Shown here in pieces: positions 57,806-64,000 of a stretch of 64,000 nucleotides of DNA. Each line of letters begins with the position of its first letter. Position 1 is the stretch's first letter. Origin of the DNA: an uncultured virus (IMG/VR IMGVR_UViG_3300037961_002446). Lineage: Duplodnaviria > Heunggongvirae > Uroviricota > Caudoviricetes. The DNA is taken from positions 1 to 64,000 of IMG/VR virus record IMGVR_UViG_3300037961_002446; one strand, written 5' to 3'. The notes below the pieces were generated by a model, which worked only from the letters and a program-made list of their open reading frames with translations, searched no databases and was not told the DNA's origin. Made by a program: the position numbers and the translations under genes.

Positions 57806-58429
57806 TCAAGGGAAAACTGTGGCTTGTTTAAAACTCATATTAAAGGAAACTTCTGTAGGACTTTCTGCATCTAAGGTAAAATCAAAAGATTCTATGAATC
57901 CCGTTATTCCTTTAGAATGCATATTTTCAGGAAAAGCCGAAGGAAAAGGAACTCTCTCATTGTCTTTGCGATTAGCACTACCTCTTGCCGCAAAAGTAAG
58001 AGGGATTTGTGTAGGGTTAGTTCTCATCTGATAATTCTCATCAACATTAGAGTCTATCAAAACTATCAATTCGTTTATGTTTTGGTATTCAGCAATACCC
58101 GAAGAATCTACACTTGAAGCAATCAATTGAGCCAACTCAACCGCAGTAAAAGTAGGATAGTCTTCACCTGCGGCAGGAGTTGTGTGGCTTCTTTTAACTA
58201 CTGCATCAACTAAAAATCCTGTAATTGTTAGGGACTTTGAGGCCATTCCCAAGTCTGCACCTATTGTTATTGATTCTCCTGTGGCCAAACTTGAGAGAGG
58301 AATAGCAAAAGAAGGGACAGTTCTTTGAATATTTACATTTACATTAGTCACTCGTAATGGGATTGTATCAAGCGTTAAATCTGTAGAATCGTCAGCAAAC
58401 GCATTTAGTTTCAAGTAAACATATGTCAT
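57806..58429 (-). CDS. Distal-tail-like protein
   Basis: Follows the tape measure gene; DLG....LTITG, GFIESFDF...FNMSF. Confidence 0.55.
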   Translation of the reverse strand: MTYVYLKLNAFADDSTDLTLDTIPLRVTNVNVNIQRTVPSFAIPLSSLATGESITIGADLGMASKSLTITGFLVDAVVKRSHTTPAAGEDYPTFTAVELAQLIASSVDSSGIAEYQNINELIVLIDSNVDENYQMRTNPTQIPLTFAARGSANRKDNERVPFPSAFPENMHSKGITGFIESFDFTLDAESPTEVSFNMSFKQATVFP

Positions 58430-58448
58430 TGTATCACTCCTACATACT

Positions 58449-60236
58449 TCATAGTATAGACATACCTAGTTGTCTGTTAATTTTCTTATTTACCATTTCA
58501 CCGACTTTATCCGCTATCCTTCTTAGTTCTGCATCAGAAGTATCTTTAGCGTTAATTGTGATTTTGAAATTATTAGTAATAGAAGTTCCTCCGCTATTAG
58601 CAACTATCTTTTTACTGTCAGCATTACTATGGACTCTTGTTCCTTTCTTCATAGAAACTAATTCAGGCCCTTTTTCTCCAACAACTGCTAATCCTCCTTT
58701 TGAAACACCACCCTCGCTAAAGCCGGGAATTTGCTTAATAATCCATTTACCTACTTTGTATAGAAGAATCCCAATACCAATAATCATAAGAATAGGTGCG
58801 CCCATAATTGCTGCTATAACCATTCCCAAAACAACTACAACTAACAATACTGTTTTAGCCACTTTATTACCGCTACTGTAAAACTTCTTAATCCATACCC
58901 AAAATTTATCCCATAATCCTACAACTAATTTAATTGCTAATACTCCAATAAATTGGACTGCCGCCCAAATAAAAGCACCTGCTAATTGTAAAAGGCCTAG
59001 ACCTAATGTTATCATAGAATCAATAGCACTATCTAAACTTCCATCACCAAAAAAGGCATTAAATATGCCACTAATGCCTTCCCAAATCATACCGAAGGCT
59101 TCTTGAATAAGCCCTAAAGGAACTTGAATTGCTTGCCAAGCAGTTGTAAGAGCATCTTTAATTACAGGCCCAACTGTTTTAACGATTAACAAAAGACCTA
59201 GAAGCGTTAGCATGGTGACCATAAAGAATTTACTTGCTCCCATTAAGACATTTTTTAGAACAGTTCCAATGCCGTTAAAGAGTTTGAGTGCTTTCTTTCT
59301 TAATTTACCCATTGGACTTTGCGCTTTGGCTTTTTCTAATTGCTTTGATAATCGCTTGCGTTCTTTTTTCGCTAATTCTAACTTTTTTTGGCGACCTCTA
59401 AATGTTTTAGACTGTTGGTTTCTATTCGCTACTGCTGTTTCAAACCTTTCTGTTTCAGCCCTAGTATAGTTTTTCTTTCCTTTACCTTCTTCGCTAAGTT
59501 TTCTAGCACTTTTAAGGCTGTGAGCCTCTTGGAGTCTTTCTAATTCCTTTTGAGCCTTTATTTGTTGTTCAATTTGTTTCTTTAGATTTTTTCTTGATTC
59601 CTTGTTTATTTTTTTATTTCTTTTCTTTTCGGCTTTAGCCATCGCTTTCTCATCGCCTTCAGGCCCAAAATCAAATTCAAGAGGCTTAAATCCTAATGTC
59701 TTTTTCCATATCTTACCCATAGTGGTAAGCGCATTATTCGCTCCTTCGCTTTGACCCTTGAATGCTCTCATTGTGCTTCCAAAGCCATTAAATGCAGTAG
59801 CGATTTTATTTACCATTCTAAACATACCGGGCGGTAAAAACCCATACATGAATCTACGAGCAGAAACCGCTTCAATTCCAAATAGTCTTATTTTTTCACT
59901 TGTTCCTGTTAAGAAGTGAGCAAGGTATTCTAATCTTGTTCCGCCTTCATCAACATAATCTCTCATAGATTTAAGACCTAATTTTAGAACATCACCATTC
60001 TTTGCTAAAGTATTATTTAGAATCTGAGTTCTTCTAAGTCCTTTTTCTTGGACTTTCTCTAAGTCTTTTTCAGCCGCAATTTGTTTTTCTTTTAATTTTA
60101 ATGCTCTTTTTTCAAGCCTCTCATTGTTATCTCTAATTCTATTATATTCCATTAATCTATTAGTTTGTGCTTCTATGGCCTCAGTCATCAATATCATTTG
60201 TTTTTTCAAAGGATTTAGATTGACTGTTCTTGCCAT
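58449..60236 (-). CDS. Tail tape measure protein
   Basis: Coiled coil, hydrophobic helices, C-terminal GG...GLAVVGEKGPELV; follows the frameshifted chaperone; ATG 60236 after AGGTGA. Confidence 0.85.
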   Translation of the reverse strand: MARTVNLNPLKKQMILMTEAIEAQTNRLMEYNRIRDNNERLEKRALKLKEKQIAAEKDLEKVQEKGLRRTQILNNTLAKNGDVLKLGLKSMRDYVDEGGTRLEYLAHFLTGTSEKIRLFGIEAVSARRFMYGFLPPGMFRMVNKIATAFNGFGSTMRAFKGQSEGANNALTTMGKIWKKTLGFKPLEFDFGPEGDEKAMAKAEKKRNKKINKESRKNLKKQIEQQIKAQKELERLQEAHSLKSARKLSEEGKGKKNYTRAETERFETAVANRNQQSKTFRGRQKKLELAKKERKRLSKQLEKAKAQSPMGKLRKKALKLFNGIGTVLKNVLMGASKFFMVTMLTLLGLLLIVKTVGPVIKDALTTAWQAIQVPLGLIQEAFGMIWEGISGIFNAFFGDGSLDSAIDSMITLGLGLLQLAGAFIWAAVQFIGVLAIKLVVGLWDKFWVWIKKFYSSGNKVAKTVLLVVVVLGMVIAAIMGAPILMIIGIGILLYKVGKWIIKQIPGFSEGGVSKGGLAVVGEKGPELVSMKKGTRVHSNADSKKIVANSGGTSITNNFKITINAKDTSDAELRRIADKVGEMVNKKINRQLGMSIL

Positions 60237-60241
60237 GTCGC

Positions 60242-60831
60242 TCACCTTAACTTAGAAGCATTTTGCTTTTCAATTTTTTCCATTTCTTCTGCTTCCATTC
60301 TTTTTACCTCTCCGTGTATTCTTAGCATATCCTTTACCATTGATGCGGGCATAGCATACACTTCAAGAGGGCTAATAGAAAAAGCCGTTGCTAATGTATA
60401 AACAACTAACTGAGAGGACAAGGAAACGGAACAATCACCGCCTCTTATTGCCCTCCGAACTAATCGTTTTTTTCCTCGTCCTCCTGATTATCTTCTAGAG
60501 GATTAGGGAGAATTTCCTTTAATTGGTTTCCAACATAAGGAGTTAATTTTAGAATATCAATTGCTGAAAGTTGTGGTTCAGTTTTAACCACAAAGTTTTC
60601 TACCATATACCTAAACATAGCATTCAAATCAAGTTCAACATCTTGATTCTTAGCATCTATTTTCATTAAAGTATTCATGGCTTTATCTACTTCAAGCCAT
60701 GTAGGTTCTTTAATCCATACCTTTAGGTATTCATCTTGGTCGGGTGCTACTTTAATATAATGTAGCGTGGGTTCTGTTAATGCAAAAAGCACTTTCTTAT
60801 CACTTACTATTTTCTTTTCCATGTTATCCAC
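60242..60831 (-). CDS. Tail assembly chaperone (60460-60831) with -1 frameshift extension to 60242
   Basis: A AAA AAC slippery heptamer (60466-60472) just before the stop; the -1 frame stays open for about 75 codons to TGA 60242-60244. Confidence 0.85.
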
Positions 60832-60874
60832 CTTCTATACCAACAAACAAACAAACGGTGTTGGTGGAATATAA

Positions 60875-61000
60875 TCAAGATTCAGACTCTTTTTTAGGAC
60901 TCTCTTTAGGAGTTTCCTTTTTAGCCTCCTTCTTGGGTTTTTTCTTAGGTTTATTGCTTTGAGAAACAATGCTTAGGTTCTTTTCATATGCAGATGGCAA
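60875..61000 (-). CDS. Lys/Glu/Pro-rich 41 aa peptide
   Basis: TTG start after GGTGA; KPKKKPKKEAKKETPKESPKKESES. Confidence 0.45.
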   Translation of the reverse strand: MPSAYEKNLSIVSQSNKPKKKPKKEAKKETPKESPKKESES

Positions 61001-61005
61001 AGTAA

Positions 61006-62808
61006 TCACCCCTGTAGAACCCAATGGGTTTTGACTGTGCAAGTGCCTAGATTTCTTGGAGTGACTGTAGCCTCAACTGCAATCGGCCCTTTATCTTCGG
61101 CAATTGGGAAATTATTAGCAGTAATGAAGTAGTCTGTAAAGGTTAGATTAATTTCTTCACCGTTAGCCTTAGCAAATTTCAACTCTATTGTTTGATGGTT
61201 GTCTTCGCTATCATTTAGTAATGCTTCGTATAGTGCATTATCTGTTACATGGCCTGTAAACTGAATCTCATATGTTCTTTGAGCAGGTATGGCCTCTTGG
61301 ATATTTTTGTTTCCTACTCCCAAGAATCTTTTATCTGCTAAGTTATTATTCATGGTTAGAGTCAAAGAAGCAATCTTAAGGAAATCTTGTCCTAGAACCT
61401 TAAATGTCCCATCTGAGAAAAAGAAAGGTTCACGCATCTCATCTGAATTTGTAGAAGACTCATAATTAAAGAAAGTAGTTTCGTTAGATACACCTGCCCT
61501 TGCATCATAACTTTCATCTCTTTCTAATGAATGAACATTACGAGTATTTACTTCTAGAGTCATTTTAACTTCTTCATTTTCATTAGCAGTTATTGATAGA
61601 GTGTTCACTCTATTACCTCTTGCGATTTGAATGAAGTTTTTATCGGCTGACTGTGTAAATACTAGAGTAGTAGAAGCATTAGTCTTAGCCGCATTTCTAT
61701 TCAAAGTGATTTGTGTTGCACTATCAATAGTAAGTATTCTAGTGTCTGATAGAAGTTCAGCAGAAGAAACAAACATTCCTACTTCTAAATTATCAGTAGA
61801 AGAAACAGTTGCAGTAGGAGAACCCGCAGTTGTCGCACTAGAACTTAAAGAAATAGCAGCATTACCTGTTCTAAAGGTATTTGTAGAAGTATGTAGTTTG
61901 CTAAAACTTTGTTCAAGAGCAAAAGATGGTAGCAAATCTCCATTTTGTTCTGCAAAGGTATAGGTGATTGCGTCTGTAATTGATGTTGTTCCACTTGGGC
62001 GTGTTAATGTTATCATATCCGCTAATGTGTTTAGATGAGGAGAAACAGGAGGATTAAATTTTTCAGCATTTGTTCTGTGGAAAAGTGGGCCTGTTTCACT
62101 AACTCCTGCAATATCAACTGTTGCAGGTAGTCCTGAAACTCCTGTTCCTTCAATAAAGATTTTATTGTTATCTGCACTACCACCTACTGCATAGATACTA
62201 GGAGTTCCACCACCAACTGCCGAAGCAGTAGCGTTTACATTTGTGCATTTTCCTAAGAAGTAATATAGCCATGCTCCATGATTAGCAACGATTCCTATAC
62301 TACCTCCTGAAAAACTAGTAATTCCCTTATATTGGTAGGTCATGTTTCTTGTTCCGCCCAATGAAAGATTAACAGGCTTATTTTCTATTTCTGTTGTTGG
62401 GAAACTAACTGTTTCAGTAATTCCTAGCCATTCATCAGCAAGTAGTCTTTTTACAGTTGTATCTGCTAAAGGAGCAGGAACAGGTGCGCCATATGATTTA
62501 ATGACGAAGTAATCCCCTGAAATAGGGGCTACGGAAGGAGTAAAAGTAATGGCATTAGAAGTATTGCTTTGTATTCTATGGGTGCTTTGTTTTGCATTAT
62601 TACCATTATATCTTTCAATTAAACAACCTGTGTATAGGTTATTTACTAAAAGAAAATTAGTAGTAAAGGCGGAATCTACATCAATAGAACTCAAACTAGT
62701 TCCATCAAATGCTCCTCCTCCTGTTTGTGTTCCACCAACATAAATATCATTTTCTGGTATAAATGTTATACTTGTTCCGCTTCCTAAAAATATATCTGTA
62801 TTTGCCAT
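61006..62808 (-). CDS. Major tail tube protein with inserted domains
   Basis: 600 aa upstream of the chaperone and TMP; LPSFALEQ, G.RVNTLSI, LTLTMNNNL, QRTYEIQFT. Confidence 0.8.
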   Translation of the reverse strand: MANTDIFLGSGTSITFIPENDIYVGGTQTGGGAFDGTSLSSIDVDSAFTTNFLLVNNLYTGCLIERYNGNNAKQSTHRIQSNTSNAITFTPSVAPISGDYFVIKSYGAPVPAPLADTTVKRLLADEWLGITETVSFPTTEIENKPVNLSLGGTRNMTYQYKGITSFSGGSIGIVANHGAWLYYFLGKCTNVNATASAVGGGTPSIYAVGGSADNNKIFIEGTGVSGLPATVDIAGVSETGPLFHRTNAEKFNPPVSPHLNTLADMITLTRPSGTTSITDAITYTFAEQNGDLLPSFALEQSFSKLHTSTNTFRTGNAAISLSSSATTAGSPTATVSSTDNLEVGMFVSSAELLSDTRILTIDSATQITLNRNAAKTNASTTLVFTQSADKNFIQIARGNRVNTLSITANENEEVKMTLEVNTRNVHSLERDESYDARAGVSNETTFFNYESSTNSDEMREPFFFSDGTFKVLGQDFLKIASLTLTMNNNLADKRFLGVGNKNIQEAIPAQRTYEIQFTGHVTDNALYEALLNDSEDNHQTIELKFAKANGEEINLTFTDYFITANNFPIAEDKGPIAVEATVTPRNLGTCTVKTHWVLQG

Positions 62809-62836
62809 ATTAATCTCCCCCTTCCTAACTTACTTA

Positions 62837-63370
62837 CTAGGGAATACTTACTGCGTGTCTTTTTGCTTCTAAATTTATTTTATATCCAAAGAGTCTTTTT
62901 GCTCGGTCATTACTTTCATTTCTAGAACCTAAGAAGAATTGTGTAAATCTTGTTCCATCTGATGCAGTATAACCTCGCCTATTACTCTCAACCACTCTAG
63001 TTAGTATCAAGTATATAGCCCTTAGCCTGTCTTTGCCGTATGAAGCATCTAATCCTGAACGCTCATCATGAAGCACTCTAATATGAATAGTAAATGAATA
63101 AACCTCATTTTTAATATCGTAATGAATAGTCGGATAAGTTATATTCTGTGAATCCTCAAATATAACTATTGTAGCAGGTGAACGGCTTAAATCAACTCTA
63201 ACACCTTTATTAGCAGTAGTAGTTCTAATATCAATAATATCAGGAGTAATAGCGTGTGTAGCGTTTATCTTTCCTTCATTAACTAATTCTTGAGTCGCTT
63301 GACTCCAAGTTTTACCTAGAGAAGAATCCGTATTGGTCAGCATATCTATTACTAGGCTAACTTCGTCCAT
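62837..63370 (-). CDS. Putative tail terminator/completion protein
   Basis: 177 aa, immediately upstream of the tail tube gene. Confidence 0.55.
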   Translation of the reverse strand: MDEVSLVIDMLTNTDSSLGKTWSQATQELVNEGKINATHAITPDIIDIRTTTANKGVRVDLSRSPATIVIFEDSQNITYPTIHYDIKNEVYSFTIHIRVLHDERSGLDASYGKDRLRAIYLILTRVVESNRRGYTASDGTRFTQFFLGSRNESNDRAKRLFGYKINLEAKRHAVSIP

Positions 63371-63546
63371 TTTACAATGCCCTCCAATACCTTATCTTCA
63401 ATATATTTCTCTACTGCTTCTTGTATAAATTTAGCCTGTTCTTCTTCGCTAAACGAAATATCTATTCCTAGATTTTCAGATAATTGTTTCATAGCCAAGT
63501 TTCTTTCTTCTTGGATTCTGATTATTTCTTCAATCGCTTCAATCAT
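63352..63546 (-). CDS. Small hypothetical protein
   Basis: 64 aa in the structural operon. Confidence 0.55.
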   Translation of the reverse strand: MIEAIEEIIRIQEERNLAMKQLSENLGIDISFSEEEQAKFIQEAVEKYIEDKVLEGIVKWTKLA

Positions 63547-63555
63547 GACAATGCC

Positions 63556-63999
63556 TCAGATAAGATAAACAATATCGCTCTTTCCTTTTAGAATATCCAT
63601 TCCCTCTTTACGAAGAATATCATATTTTTCTTTGGTAGATATATTTCCGCCTGTTTCTGTAATGAGAACGCTTTGGTCGTCATGTCTTAGAATTTCAGCA
63701 CACACTAACTTAGTTGTGGCCTCATGTATAGCAGAAGGAACTCTTGAAGAACCTGCTAAGAAAGAAACGATAACCGAGTTATTGGTATGATATGGGTATT
63801 CTTGAAGGAAAAAGATTCTACCTTCTTCTCCAAGTAGCCAATAATCATTAAGCCTTCCATGTGTTTCTTTGTCAGTAAATGGAGTGACTTGACACGCACC
63901 ATTAATTCCTGATGAAGAAGTAAATGTTAGAGTATTAGTTCCTGCTGATGCAGTTGCGCTTAACTCAATAGTAGTGGAGTTGGTTATAGAAGAAATAGT
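63556..63999 (-). CDS. Head-tail adaptor-like protein, 5'-truncated
   Basis: Manual translation: ...NSVIVSFLAGSSRVPSAIHEATTKLV... (V.v.Y.aG...vP..i..A pattern). Confidence 0.65.
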   Translation of the reverse strand, partial: TISSITNSTTIELSATASAGTNTLTFTSSSGINGACQVTPFTDKETHGRLNDYWLLGEEGRIFFLQEYPYHTNNSVIVSFLAGSSRVPSAIHEATTKLVCAEILRHDDQSVLITETGGNISTKEKYDILRKEGMDILKGKSDIVYLI

Positions 64000-64000
64000 T

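Noticed and set aside
58423..58881. 152-aa plus-strand ORF and other antisense ORFs (e.g. 3555-3968, 21836-22309, 47818-48318)
   Set aside because: Shadows of well-supported genes on the opposite strand, with no SD or recognisable motifs.

Overview
This window is part of a large tailed archaeal dsDNA virus genome. It is most likely a magrovirus-type virus of marine Poseidoniales (MG-II Euryarchaeota); that assignment is inferred from gene content, not from a database search. Layout: (1) 1-1.9 kb, minus-strand genes sharing a W-x-x-[IVS]-[LVI]-(R/K)-K motif; (2) 2.3-7.2 kb, eight self-contained expression cassettes separated by a conserved palindromic junction (CAAAG-N-AACCATATGGT-N4-CTTTG), carrying paralogous early genes and ORF-free structured RNAs; (3) 7.3-7.75 kb, an iteron-rich, origin-like switch region; (4) 7.9-46.4 kb, a plus-strand early/replication arm with tRNA-Arg(TCT), class II RNR, TFB, GroES/GroEL, ATP-dependent ligase, two histone-fold proteins, RFC, SSB, a RecA-like ATPase, PCNA, a split PolB, a Cas4-like nuclease, primase, ERCC4 nuclease, an MCM-like ATPase and a DEDD exonuclease; this arm also holds a dispersed ubiquitin-like kit (Ubl ending GG-SL, ThiF/E1, JAB protease, candidate E2); (5) 46.5-64 kb, a minus-strand siphovirus-type tail module with a -1 frameshifted tail chaperone. 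The best candidates for undescribed systems are the junction-delimited cassette array with its RNA cargo and the virus-encoded ubiquitin-like conjugation system. All family calls come from motifs read by eye; no searches were run.
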